A DNA stretch of 64,000 nt from Candidatus Electryonea clarkiae (lineage in GTDB: Bacteria; Electryoneota; Electryoneia; Electryoneales; Electryoneaceae), in assembly GCA_030765455.1 (NCBI GenBank), contig JAVCCM010000166.1:55835-119834 (forward strand). Reading direction: 5' to 3'. Every line of letters begins with the position of its first letter. Position 1 is the first letter of the stretch. Below the pieces are notes generated by a model. It was not told the DNA's origin. It saw nothing but the letters and a program-made list of their open reading frames with translations, and searched no databases. Positions 10,661-20,720 of this stretch are shown here, in pieces. A program made the translations under genes and the position numbers.

Positions 10661-10833
10661 GTTTTCCTCCCGTTCTAATTAAAATAAATGTGAAAAATAT
10701 CTAAAAGCATCACTTAAACCCGTATATATGTCCAGTCAATAAAGTTTTGATCCTTTAAAAATAATAACAAGGTATCGGATATACAACACCAATCTGTAAA
10801 TATCTACACTGAAAAAATGTTTAAATTTAGAGT

Positions 10834-10864
10834 AAAAAAAGCGCCGGCAATGAAATACCGGCGC
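10834..10864 (-). terminator. rho-independent terminator of paralog A4 (gcgccgg-N10-ccggcgc plus a T-run)
   Basis: 7-bp GC stem preceded on the plus strand by an A7 run, 35 nt beyond the A4 stop. Confidence 0.5.
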
Positions 10865-10897
10865 CTTATAATGTAAAAATGGAAAGCTTAATTTTTA

Positions 10898-13369
10898 TTA
10901 TTTAATATACATCAACTTACGTATGTTGGAGAATCCGCTATTTGAGGATACTCTGAGGAAATACAATCCAGCCGGGTGGTTGGTCGCATTCCAGTTCAGG
11001 CGATGATATCCAGGCGTAAGGCTCCCCTGCTGGAGAACAGCAACACGTTGTCCAAGAACGTTTATAATTTCAGCCTGAACTTCTGCGATTTGCGGAACCG
11101 CTATCACAATACTCACTGTCGGGTTGAACGGATTTGGATATACCGCCTCCAAAGCCCAGTCAATCGGGACGCCTGAGAATTCACTGTCACTTACTGAGGT
11201 TATGTCCCAGATTACCTCAACCTCGTTTGATTCAGGTGTTTCACCTTCATCGTAAACAGCGGTTACTGTATATACATATGTATAAGATGCATATTCACCG
11301 GGATCGGGATCTTCAATTTTCTCATTCCACGTGTTTTGCTGGGTATTGCCGAGATGCTCGCCGTCACGGTAAATCTTGAAACGAATCCAATCATCAAGAT
11401 GATCATGTGCCCATGAAAGCGTTACCTCAAGTTGAAGCGGATCGCCTGGAATCACCTCCTGAGCAGAAGTCAAATCAGATGGTGCGTCGATGTTGATTCT
11501 TTCAATATCCGCTTGGTCATTCGGGATAATTCGCAGTCCCTGGCGTGAAAGACTGATTATACCGGTAAAGGTTCCCCAATCATCCATAGAAAAAGCGGAT
11601 AAATCAAGGTTTGCTGTTCCCACTATCTGGACATTGCATTGACCGGAGCCATCGTCAACAATCAGAGTATAGGTATCATCTCCAGGATCACGGTTAATCT
11701 GTCCACTCACCTGTCCCCAAGTCCCTTCACGTTGACCGTTTGTGCTCATGTCACCGGTTGGCTCCACCAGTGGTTCAGGCAATGCATTGTCGTGACTGAA
11801 AACCTCGATCTCGAAATTTGTGATCCGGGTAATATCGTCAACATCCAAAAGATACCCGACAACTTCGACTGAATCGCCGCGCATGATTTCAGTGTCCTCA
11901 GCCCAAGGTGCATCAGCCCATATCTGGATACCCCAGTCGGAATCGTCCTGAATGTATATATTTGTGTGTGCTGTGTCGGTTACATTAGTTCCCTGGATAA
12001 CAATACCGGTCGTCAAGACCCAGGTTTCAGGGTCCTGTGTAGTCTGGAGTTGTTCAATAGTGCGCTCGAAAATGGGTGTGAGCTCAAAATCCCGCACATT
12101 CTCACGTGAATGACTGATTGTAACATTCTCTGTATCGGAAGGAGCGTAACCGGCAAGACTGGCGACAACTCCGAAAGTTTCACCACTGTGCAATGCCAGG
12201 GTTATATAATTACCAAGATCATCAGTTTGAAGTTCCCGAACAGTTTCACCCAACTCATCAATCACGACAATATCTACGCCTACTAATACTTCCTCGGTAT
12301 TCTCATCTATGACATTTCCAGTCAAATCGCCGGAAAGGATATCGATCTCGAAGTTAAACTCGTTTTCTCCGGTCTCAATTTCTACACCTTCCTCCTCGAA
12401 CTCAAAGTATCCTTCCATTTCGATGCTAAAAGTGTAAATTCCACTGTAAACTTCGTCAACTGAATAAACGCCGTCGCCATCAGTAGTTTCTTCATATATA
12501 CCGAACGTTACTATAGCGCCTTCAACAGGATCACCGGTTTCCGAATCAGTGACAACTCCGGCAACACTTGCGTCTGCATCAGCAGCGTAAAAGAGTACTG
12601 CTAATTCGTTTTCTGGCGCGTCCGGATCACCATTGACAAGATAGGCTAACGCTACGTCATGATCATGGTTTTGAATACCGATTGTTTGGGAATTGTTACG
12701 GAAATCGTCTGTGATATTGTCATACATTAATATAATATCACCATCATCAAACATAATAATTTCACAATCGAAAGTTCCATTAGCGCCGAATTGAGCGTAA
12801 TCAGTCATACTGATTACCAATGCCTCGCGCTCGTCTATTTCTATAGTATCGTAATAAACAGCTCCGTCACGAGGATGCATATCATCCCAGAACCAGAAGA
12901 TCGTGGCACCCCAGGCAGTATGTGGTAAATTACCATTTCCATAAGTACAATAAGTACTGAAAAAGGTAACCATTCCGTTCGACTGAAACCAGAAATCGTC
13001 TTCGAGCACACCATAAAATGGGAAATCGAAGCCAAAATCATACGGACCAGTGACGGTATCGTCACCAATGCCTGTCATCAGAGTGCCGGTGTCGGTAATA
13101 TCAATCCATTCATATTCCGGACCACCTTCCTCATTGCTGTCAATAAACATCATACCGAGGTCATCAGGTCCACCTGTTCGGTCAAGTTCATTGTAAGGTA
13201 TCGTATTCCTTACAGCATCCTCTTCAATGAGAGTCTTCTGAGCGTCTGTTAATTGCACTCCGGTTCCCTCGATTCGCTTCGCTTCCATAAGAGCTTCATA
13301 ATCAAAAGCAAATCCGGATGATACCAGGATCAGCAAACATGAAGCCAAAATTAATGTCTTTCTTAACAT
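10898..13369 (-). CDS. T9SS-sorted large secreted protein, paralog A4
   Basis: RBS AAGGAG and signal peptide MLRKTLILASCLLILVSSGFA. The C-terminal approx. 480 aa are approx. 90% identical in protein to A1, with up to approx. 97% nucleotide identity over several hundred bases. Confidence 0.85.
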   Translation of the reverse strand: MLRKTLILASCLLILVSSGFAFDYEALMEAKRIEGTGVQLTDAQKTLIEEDAVRNTIPYNELDRTGGPDDLGMMFIDSNEEGGPEYEWIDITDTGTLMTGIGDDTVTGPYDFGFDFPFYGVLEDDFWFQSNGMVTFFSTYCTYGNGNLPHTAWGATIFWFWDDMHPRDGAVYYDTIEIDEREALVISMTDYAQFGANGTFDCEIIMFDDGDIILMYDNITDDFRNNSQTIGIQNHDHDVALAYLVNGDPDAPENELAVLFYAADADASVAGVVTDSETGDPVEGAIVTFGIYEETTDGDGVYSVDEVYSGIYTFSIEMEGYFEFEEEGVEIETGENEFNFEIDILSGDLTGNVIDENTEEVLVGVDIVVIDELGETVRELQTDDLGNYITLALHSGETFGVVASLAGYAPSDTENVTISHSRENVRDFELTPIFERTIEQLQTTQDPETWVLTTGIVIQGTNVTDTAHTNIYIQDDSDWGIQIWADAPWAEDTEIMRGDSVEVVGYLLDVDDITRITNFEIEVFSHDNALPEPLVEPTGDMSTNGQREGTWGQVSGQINRDPGDDTYTLIVDDGSGQCNVQIVGTANLDLSAFSMDDWGTFTGIISLSRQGLRIIPNDQADIERINIDAPSDLTSAQEVIPGDPLQLEVTLSWAHDHLDDWIRFKIYRDGEHLGNTQQNTWNEKIEDPDPGEYASYTYVYTVTAVYDEGETPESNEVEVIWDITSVSDSEFSGVPIDWALEAVYPNPFNPTVSIVIAVPQIAEVQAEIINVLGQRVAVLQQGSLTPGYHRLNWNATNHPAGLYFLRVSSNSGFSNIRKLMYIK

Positions 13370-13750
13370 GTACTTACTCCTTGTAAAATTAATTGTATTT
13401 AGAAAGCCTGAATACTCTACGAAAAATGAATTTGCATAGTGATATATACGCTACGGTAAAAGAAATTCAATTTCCTGAATAATTAAAAACTTAAGTAAAG
13501 GAATTTTCAGTGCATGTGTTAAAATCTTGGAGTACAGGGGGCATATCTTTGTGTGAAGTTTCTCAAAATGTAATTCCTCATCATTTAATTTAATACACAA
13601 GTCTGAGTATTTCAAGTACTCTACTGGCTTTAAGAGGTAGAGATTATTATGGTTATTAGTCGTTCGTAAGTACAATGTTAATGGATTTAATTAATTTGCT
13701 TGGAGCCGAATCCGAGATCAGACCTTGTAGTCAATTAGTTTATGCTCGCT

Positions 13751-14704
13751 TTACCTGAAAGTGTACTGCTTGAAACCGGCATTACTGACATTAATAATAT
13801 AAGTCAAGATTTGCTTTGCGATTGCATCAGGGGTTGAATTATTAGCCATCAGCCATGTAATTCTTTCATTGCGTCCGAACCAGGTAAGCTGCCTTTTGGC
13901 AAAATGTCGGGTGTTCTGTTTGATAATTGATTTTGTTGTTTCGGGATTCATATCTGCACTATCAAGAAACGGGATTATTTCCTCATATCCCGGACTCTTC
14001 AACGCATTTTTATTTCTCCAACCCCGGTCGAGCAGCGATTTTACCTCCTCAATCAGTCCATTGTCGAACATTTCTTCGACCCGGCGGTCTATTCTTTTGT
14101 AGAGTTCCTTCCTGTCCCATTTCAAACCAAACCAGATTGACGAGAATTGCGACGGATTTCCTTTCCTTTTATGTACTTCACTGAACGGAATCCCGGAAGC
14201 ATGAATAACCTCGAGTGCTCTAAGAATGCGGTGCCTGTCATTTGGCATTGTTTTATCAGCACATACCGGATCGAGAGATTTCAACTCTTCATGAAGTGCT
14301 GCAAGACCATCTTTTTCAGAACGTTTCTCCAGCTTGGAGCGGATATCAGGATCTTTGATATCATCTCCGAAAAAGCCATCGATCAATGCCTTGAGGTACA
14401 ACCCGCTTCCACCTGCGATGATTACATTTTTACCTCTCGAGGAAATCTCCTTGATCCATTCTCTTGCATCGTTGGCGAATTTTCCCGCGCTGTAATGTTC
14501 ATCAGGATCGACTATATCGAAGCCGTGATGCCTGATTCCCTCCCGTTCAGCATTGGTCGGCTTTGCTGTGCCAATATCGAGGTAACGGTAAACCTGGCGG
14601 CTGTCGGCAGAGATAATTTCTGCATTGATTAATTTTGCCAGCTCCACTGCGACAGAGGTTTTTCCGGATGCGGTAGCTCCTGCTATGATGATTACAGGAT
14701 TCAT
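13751..14704 (-). CDS. miaA: tRNA dimethylallyltransferase
   Basis: P-loop IIIAGATASGKTS, then ...ISADSRQVYR...DIGTAKP, at the typical 317-aa length. Confidence 0.9.
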   Translation of the reverse strand: MNPVIIIAGATASGKTSVAVELAKLINAEIISADSRQVYRYLDIGTAKPTNAEREGIRHHGFDIVDPDEHYSAGKFANDAREWIKEISSRGKNVIIAGGSGLYLKALIDGFFGDDIKDPDIRSKLEKRSEKDGLAALHEELKSLDPVCADKTMPNDRHRILRALEVIHASGIPFSEVHKRKGNPSQFSSIWFGLKWDRKELYKRIDRRVEEMFDNGLIEEVKSLLDRGWRNKNALKSPGYEEIIPFLDSADMNPETTKSIIKQNTRHFAKRQLTWFGRNERITWLMANNSTPDAIAKQILTYIINVSNAGFKQYTFR

Positions 14705-14905
14705 AAAGAATTATTCCTCTTTTGTTTCACGCAAAGGAACAAAGAACGCAAAACAATAGTTGTCAGATTAACCTTAGAGAATAGAATAATTTCTAATTCT
14801 TAATTGATTTTCTTATCCTTATATCCCGTGAATATGTAATGAATTTTCTACATGAAAAAACCGCCGGACGGCGGTGTACATTTCTTTATATTTTACTCAA
14901 TCCTA

Positions 14906-15316
14906 TTAACGGAACAGGGCTTTGATACTTCCCCATGTTTGACGGAGACCGTTTTGCGAGACTTGGATATTTTGTACTTCACTGTGCCAATGGTTTCCAT
15001 CCGACTGGAGAACACGGATTCTGTAATAAAAAGATCTGGTGCTCTGTTTAAAGACGTTGGTGTCTGTATAACGATACGTTTTCCCTGCACCTTCAAGCTC
15101 ATTGAATGATGCGACGTCATAATAATTCAATGCGTTAGCAGATCGTTGAATAACATAACCTGTGACGCTGTCTTCGCTGCTCATTCGCCAGGTCAAATAG
15201 GGATAACTGCCGTTCAGCCCTACATTGAAATCGGAAAACCTGCCTTTCGCATACGTAGATGCTGCAAGGATGATGATAAATACAGTTAATAATATTATTT
15301 GATAACTTTTCTTCAT
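14906..15316 (-). CDS. hypothetical small secreted protein (136 aa)
   Basis: N-terminal signal peptide MKKSYQIILLTVFIIILAASTYA. No recognisable domain. Confidence 0.45.
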   Translation of the reverse strand: MKKSYQIILLTVFIIILAASTYAKGRFSDFNVGLNGSYPYLTWRMSSEDSVTGYVIQRSANALNYYDVASFNELEGAGKTYRYTDTNVFKQSTRSFYYRIRVLQSDGNHWHSEVQNIQVSQNGLRQTWGSIKALFR

Positions 15317-15638
15317 AGTAAAAACTTACAAAAAGTATCAGGGCAGGTCAAGCCCTGAACGGAAAAGAAAACTGTTTTCATAAAAAAGATGCCATATTTG
15401 TTGATAACGCTGTTATTGCTCTTTCCATTTCTTCTTCAGGCTTAAGAAACAGAGTGCGATGAACAATTCCACAGCATATCCAAAACTCTTCAATGCGCAC
15501 TCAGAGTATAAAAATTCGAGATCAATAATGAAAGCGCTGGATGGATTTATGTGAGAAAGTCATATTTGACTGCTTGCTTTATCTTGGAGTAAAATTCTAT
15601 ATTATGCAAAACATTTGAGTTTATACAAGGGGAAAGAC

Positions 15639-16490
15639 ATGAGTCAGGCACGGTTATTAAAAATTTGCTTGATTATTGGGTTTGTTTTTGGAATAATAGT
15701 CTTTCAGGGCTGTGAAGAAAAGGATAATTTTGATCCGGCAGACTTATTTTCATTAAAAGACTTTGCTGATGATGGTGATTATTTCATTTCCTTTCTCGAT
15801 ATGATGGATCGTTTTCGGGAAGCTCACAAAATTACTGTTTCCTATCTTGGGGGTACTGAACGATCAATTGATTTTGATGAATTCTTACCCGACGGCTGGC
15901 AGGAATCTGCTGTGTTACCCGGCTGGTATCAGAGAACCTCTGCTGATGCATCTGATGAATTTATAAGATTTGATCATAGTATCACGGCGCCTGATGAAAT
16001 AAAACCTGTGAAAGGCGAGTATTTCAGATTTAACCTGGATAGCCTCAGTGTTGGAACCTACGCGGCATTTGGTGACTCCTTCTCGGTTATCTATGCTGAA
16101 AATGGCAGAAACATTACTGTCCTTGAGGGAGAAGCTTCATATATAGATACCAGGGTATTATTCCGTGGCTCAGGCGGTGTTGGCAACTTCTCCGGCGCTG
16201 CGGGAATGTTTAATGTCTGGAATGCGAAATTTGAGAATCTATCAGCAGAACCCGGACTCCTCGCAGGGCAACACCGGATTGAAGGGGTTACCCAGATCAA
16301 TGACCTGAATGACGAGATCGATTTAGACGTGGTTATCAACCTGAATATGCGGGCAAATTCATCCGGAGAAGCGACCATTTGGGTAGAAGGAATAAAGCGA
16401 GTAGAAATTGATTTCAGTGGATACGATGTACATTTTCGCGGCAAGGTTAGCTTGGCAATGGATGATTTCGAACGTGAATATAATTTCTGA
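15639..16490 (+). CDS. hypothetical lipoprotein
   Basis: The ATG at 15639 follows AAGGGGAAAGAC. Lipobox-like IVFQGC. The ORF track begins earlier, at a TTG. Confidence 0.5.
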   Translation: MSQARLLKICLIIGFVFGIIVFQGCEEKDNFDPADLFSLKDFADDGDYFISFLDMMDRFREAHKITVSYLGGTERSIDFDEFLPDGWQESAVLPGWYQRTSADASDEFIRFDHSITAPDEIKPVKGEYFRFNLDSLSVGTYAAFGDSFSVIYAENGRNITVLEGEASYIDTRVLFRGSGGVGNFSGAAGMFNVWNAKFENLSAEPGLLAGQHRIEGVTQINDLNDEIDLDVVINLNMRANSSGEATIWVEGIKRVEIDFSGYDVHFRGKVSLAMDDFEREYNF

Positions 16491-16743
16491 CAAATCCTCA
16501 TTACTTATCATATACCCGGCAAATTAGCCGGGTTTTTTTTTTGATAAAATATACCTGCACAAATTTCGCAGTGTTGTCGTTGGTGTCATTTACATGAGAC
16601 AGGAATACAGAAAATATACTGTTGCTTCAATGTATTATTACTTTGAAAATCACGTATGTTCCAAATTAACATGGATTACCGCCTTCGCGGGAATGATAGT
16701 TGGGACATTATTTTCGAGGATTATTATAATTGGTATTATTGAA

Positions 16744-17682
16744 TCATGCCTTGGACAACTTCTCTTCAAAATATTTTATTGTCTTCTCCAATCCCTGCCG
16801 CAAATTGGTGGATGGAGCCCAGCCTAATTCTGTTCCAGCCCTGGTAATAACCGGGCGGCGCTGGGTTGGATCATCAGATGGTAAAGGTTCATAACATATA
16901 GATATTTTTGTTCCGACCAGATCACGTATCGTTTCCGCAAGTTCAAGTATTGTGAATTCTTCATCATTTCCAAGATTAACCGGTCTAATTTCTGTGGGAT
17001 GATCCATCAACAGAACAAGTCCCTCTATAAGGTCATCGACATAACAGAAACTTCTCGTCTGGTTGCCGTCGCCATAGACAGTCAAATCATTGTCTCTTAA
17101 TGCCTGGATAATAAAGTTGGAGACTACCCTGCCGTCGTTTAAAGCCATCCGAGGACCATAAGTGTTAAATATTCTCGCAATTCTGATATCAACCTGGTTC
17201 ATCCTGTGGTAATCCATCATCAGGCATTCAGCGGCGCGCTTTCCTTCGTCATAACATGAACGAATACCGATAGGATTTACATTTCCCCAATATTCCTCTG
17301 TCTGGGGATGCTCAACCGGATCACCGTAAACTTCCGAAGTGGATGCCTGCAGGATTTTTGATTTGACACGTTTTGCCATGCCAAGCATATTTATTATCCC
17401 TATAACGGAAGTTTTAATCGTCTTGACAGCATTATACTGATAATGGATTGGAGAGGCTGGACAAGCCATGTTGTAAATTTTATCAACTTCGAGTAATATA
17501 GGCAAGGTTATATCATGTCGAATCAGCTCAAAATTGGGATGATCCACCAGGTGTTCTATATTCTCTTTACTGCCGGTAAAAAAATTATCCAGGCATATAA
17601 TATCACTGCCGTTGTTTATCAATTTGTCAATTAAATGGCTGCCGAGGAACCCAGCACCACCAGTTACCAGTACTCTTTCCAT
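16744..17682 (-). CDS. UDP-glucuronate decarboxylase / UDP-xylose synthase (NAD-dependent epimerase/dehydratase family)
   Basis: [14 protein letters not shown] Rossmann motif, then ...[11 protein letters not shown]... and YxxxK context, at 312 aa. Confidence 0.8.
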   Translation of the reverse strand: MERVLVTGGAGFLGSHLIDKLINNGSDIICLDNFFTGSKENIEHLVDHPNFELIRHDITLPILLEVDKIYNMACPASPIHYQYNAVKTIKTSVIGIINMLGMAKRVKSKILQASTSEVYGDPVEHPQTEEYWGNVNPIGIRSCYDEGKRAAECLMMDYHRMNQVDIRIARIFNTYGPRMALNDGRVVSNFIIQALRDNDLTVYGDGNQTRSFCYVDDLIEGLVLLMDHPTEIRPVNLGNDEEFTILELAETIRDLVGTKISICYEPLPSDDPTQRRPVITRAGTELGWAPSTNLRQGLEKTIKYFEEKLSKA

Positions 17683-17762
17683 ATTAGTACCTTCTATTTT
17701 GCTAACCTGACAAGCCGGAAATAGAAATAATTACAGGGATGCACAGGATTAACAGGATGTTT

Positions 17763-17792
17763 TCTTCGCGTCTTTGCGCCTTTGCGTGAGAA
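17763..17792 (+). repeat. CTTTGCG direct-repeat motif copy A (cttcgcg-tctttgcg-cctttgcg-TGAGAA)
   Basis: Read directly. Intergenic, approx. 90-110 nt upstream of the UDP-glucuronate decarboxylase start. Confidence 0.6.
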
Positions 17793-17909
17793 TAAGTTTT
17801 AGACAGAATGAATCATGTTCACTTAAATAAAAGTATCAAATATTTTCTGCCAGATAAAGCACGAATCTGAGAGTTAAAATACCAAACATTTATAAGCAAT
17901 TCTCTTCTT

Positions 17910-18506
17910 CTATGATTCACGTATGACAAATACCGTTAATTTACATGGACCATGAACGCCCAGAACCAGTTCTTTTTCAATATCCGCGGTCCTGCTTGGT
18001 CCGGATATTATCACAGCGTTTTCATCTGTTATCCCATTCTGAATCCATAATTTGAATAATGATTCAACATCTGCTACAATCTGACTTTCCCTGATGATAA
18101 TAATATGTTCTTCAGGAAGAAGGCTGACAGAACGTAAATCGGGATATCCGGAAAAAAGCAGAGCCGAACCGGTTTCCGCAGAAATGGCAAACGCAGAGGT
18201 GATCCCAACGGAAGCATCAGCGACATCACTTTGCCAGGCTTTTGCTGATACCGGATCAGGAGTGGAGGAGAGAGGCATGGTTACTTTCAATCCACTCTTT
18301 TTCAGTAAATCTACTAACCCTATTTCATCGAGTAACGAATCACTATTAACAGCTACGTGTTCGGTTTCAGAATCTGTAAGATGTTTTAATATTCTATCCG
18401 ATACATGGGATTCCTCAACTTTAAATACTTCGGCTTGAAGTTCCACGAGTTCTATTGCCAGTTGATTATAGAGGTTATTTTCACTCATCATCAGGCTCTT
18501 GATCAT
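17910..18506 (-). CDS. lutC: lactate utilization protein C (LUD domain)
   Basis: LUD-domain-like sequence downstream of lutA and lutB. The likely start MIKSLMMSENN overlaps the lutB stop. The ORF track extends to 18599. Confidence 0.7.
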   Translation of the reverse strand: MIKSLMMSENNLYNQLAIELVELQAEVFKVEESHVSDRILKHLTDSETEHVAVNSDSLLDEIGLVDLLKKSGLKVTMPLSSTPDPVSAKAWQSDVADASVGITSAFAISAETGSALLFSGYPDLRSVSLLPEEHIIIIRESQIVADVESLFKLWIQNGITDENAVIISGPSRTADIEKELVLGVHGPCKLTVFVIRES

Positions 18507-19893
18507 CTTCGATCTTGTCAAACAGGTCGCGGAATGGTACAGGGGCAATATCCGGATTGTCCTTCTGTCTTGTCCATCCCGGAATAGGTGGATTTCCAAA
18601 CATCCAGTATCTCTGAATGTTTCGGGCAGCTTTTGTTGCCTTATTATAATTCTTTTCGTTTGACATCATCTTTTCAAAGGTTTTCCAGGCTGGAGCTTCA
18701 TAATCAATTCCCCGGTGTAAATTGATTTTCCTTGAACGTAATAGCAGCATCAATTCAGGCAGTGGTATCGAAACAGGACAAATTTCCTCACATGCTCCGC
18801 AGAGTGTGCTGGCAAAGGGATGATCAGGAGCGTTATCGAGTCCCAACAGCAATGGTGATATCACCTTTCCCATCGGACCCGGATAAACACCGCCATAAGG
18901 ATGACCGCCAACCTGTTGATAAACCGGACAGACATTCAGGCAGGCTCCGCATCGGATACACCTGAGCATCTCTCGCATTTCCAGATCTTCGTAGATGTCT
19001 TTTCGACCATTATCAACAATAATAATATGTACTTCGTCAGGACCAGAGGGGCCGGGTGAAGCTCCTCGCATCAGGTTCAGATAGACAGTTGCTTTCTGCC
19101 CGGTGGCGCTCCTTGCCAGCATCTGCCAGAGCAGTGACAAATCCTCCAATGATCGCGTTACTCTTTCCCATCCCATCAAGGCAATCACCACCCTGGGAAG
19201 AGTAGTCACCATTCGACCATTGCCTTCATTTGTTACAGTGGCAATATGACCGGTTTCAGCTACTGCGAAATTAACTCCGCAAAGACCTGCCCCGGCTGCG
19301 AGAAATTCTTGCCTTAGCACGTTCCGGGCGATATCGGTTAATTCTTCAGGATTATCAGTATAATCAATATGAAGTTTTTCCTCGAAAAGCCGACCGACAT
19401 CTTCCCTGGTAAGATGCATTGCGGGCATCGTAATATGACTTGGAGTCTCACCACGAAGCTGTACGATATACTCACCAAGGTCAGTTTCTACCGGGGTAAC
19501 TCCGTGTTCCGTAAGAAATGAATTGAGTTCTATTTCCTCGCTGAGCATGGTCTTTGATTTAAGCAGCCGGTCTATTTTATGTTTATGTAAAATGTCAAGA
19601 ACATGCCGGCAGGCGGAGTCGGAGTCTTCGGCATCATGTATAATAACACCATGCGATTTTAAATTGTCACGCAGGGTTTTATGCAACGAATGAAGATCTT
19701 CAATATCTTCCCGGCGGCGAGAGCTAATGTGTGCCCGTCTCTCGCTGAAATCCTGCCATTCACCTGCTCTTTCGTCTCTTTTAGATACTGCTTTACGAGT
19801 ATTTTTTTTATACGGCAGCTCACCATCAGGACGGTTCTTGAGAGTGTTCCTGATATTCTTTTTCAAATCATTTGTTTTTGAGGGATTGCTCAT
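18481..19893 (-). CDS. lutB: lactate utilization protein B (4Fe-4S ferredoxin-type iron-sulfur protein)
   Basis: Two ferredoxin cysteine motifs, CIRCGACLNVCPVY and CGACEEICPV. An ATGA overlap links it to lutA. Confidence 0.8.
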   Translation of the reverse strand: MSNPSKTNDLKKNIRNTLKNRPDGELPYKKNTRKAVSKRDERAGEWQDFSERRAHISSRRREDIEDLHSLHKTLRDNLKSHGVIIHDAEDSDSACRHVLDILHKHKIDRLLKSKTMLSEEIELNSFLTEHGVTPVETDLGEYIVQLRGETPSHITMPAMHLTREDVGRLFEEKLHIDYTDNPEELTDIARNVLRQEFLAAGAGLCGVNFAVAETGHIATVTNEGNGRMVTTLPRVVIALMGWERVTRSLEDLSLLWQMLARSATGQKATVYLNLMRGASPGPSGPDEVHIIIVDNGRKDIYEDLEMREMLRCIRCGACLNVCPVYQQVGGHPYGGVYPGPMGKVISPLLLGLDNAPDHPFASTLCGACEEICPVSIPLPELMLLLRSRKINLHRGIDYEAPAWKTFEKMMSNEKNYNKATKAARNIQRYWMFGNPPIPGWTRQKDNPDIAPVPFRDLFDKIEDDQEPDDE

Positions 19894-20642
19894 ATCAGCG
19901 CCTCACCTCCGGCAATGATACGGGCGTAATGCAAGGTCTGGATTGGAATCTTGTTACGTGAGAATAGACCTTGGAGGTGCATCAGGCATGAATCGTCCGT
20001 GGAAGTTACCACGTCGGCGCCGGTTTGTTGGATCGCTTCGACTTTGTCTTCACCGATGGTTGTAGATAATTCAGGAAATTTTACTGAGAATGTACCGCCG
20101 AATCCGCAACATTGTTTACGATCATCCGGTTCTACAAGATCAATTCCTTTAACTTTTCTGAGCAGCTCAACCGGTTGATCATAGATTCCCAGCTCACGAT
20201 AACCGTGGCATGATGTATGGTATGCCACGCGATGGGGAAAGGTTGCATTGAAGTCGGTACATTTCAATTCATCAACCAAGAATTCGCTGAGTTCGAAGAT
20301 TCTGTGTTTGATATTATCGTACTCATGCCGCACTAATGGACGCAGGTCAAGTTCAGCATAGTGGTTTTTAATCATTGAAACACAACTCGCAGATGGAGAA
20401 ACTATATATTCAGCATCATTGAAGATTTTAATAAACCGTTCAGCAAGATTCGTTGCTGTTTCCCGATATCCGGAATTGAATGCCGGTTGTCCGCAACAGG
20501 TCTGCTCCTTTGGATATATAATATTACATCCTGCCATCCGGAGCAACTTTACCGTTGCAAGACCGGTCTGAGGATAAATCTGGTCAACAAAACAGGGGAT
20601 GAATAAATGTACTTTTCGATTATTTGGCATCACGGCAGACAA
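19890..20642 (-). CDS. lutA: lactate utilization protein A ((Fe-S)-binding CCG-domain oxidoreductase)
   Basis: Two Cys-rich CCG-type motifs (CCGQPAF..., CCGFGG) in a 250-aa protein at the head of the lutABC order. Confidence 0.8.
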   Translation of the reverse strand: MSAVMPNNRKVHLFIPCFVDQIYPQTGLATVKLLRMAGCNIIYPKEQTCCGQPAFNSGYRETATNLAERFIKIFNDAEYIVSPSASCVSMIKNHYAELDLRPLVRHEYDNIKHRIFELSEFLVDELKCTDFNATFPHRVAYHTSCHGYRELGIYDQPVELLRKVKGIDLVEPDDRKQCCGFGGTFSVKFPELSTTIGEDKVEAIQQTGADVVTSTDDSCLMHLQGLFSRNKIPIQTLHYARIIAGGEALI

Positions 20643-20720
20643 GAAAGATTATCATAAATTTTGCGTTAAGATACGAAGGTTTTGCAGAGAAAACGAATTA
20701 CATTATTTTCAGACGGTGCA

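Noticed and set aside
1311-13369. Diversity-generating retroelement (DGR) acting on the variable cores of family A
   Set aside because: No reverse transcriptase gene, template repeat or adenine-biased substitution pattern is visible in the window. The variation is whole-module replacement, not point mutagenesis.
14147-14632. 161-aa + strand ORF (and 13869-14184 ORFs) inside miaA
   Set aside because: Antisense to a well-supported conserved gene, with no start context. They are artefacts of the codon bias of the opposite strand.
17763-17792. CTTTGCG motif as a Bacteroidota-type sigma-A promoter (-33 TTTG / -7 TAnnTTTG)
   Set aside because: The two TTTG elements are only approx. 8 bp apart rather than approx. 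19-21 bp, and no TAnnTTTG follows at the right distance. One copy also lies between convergent gene ends.
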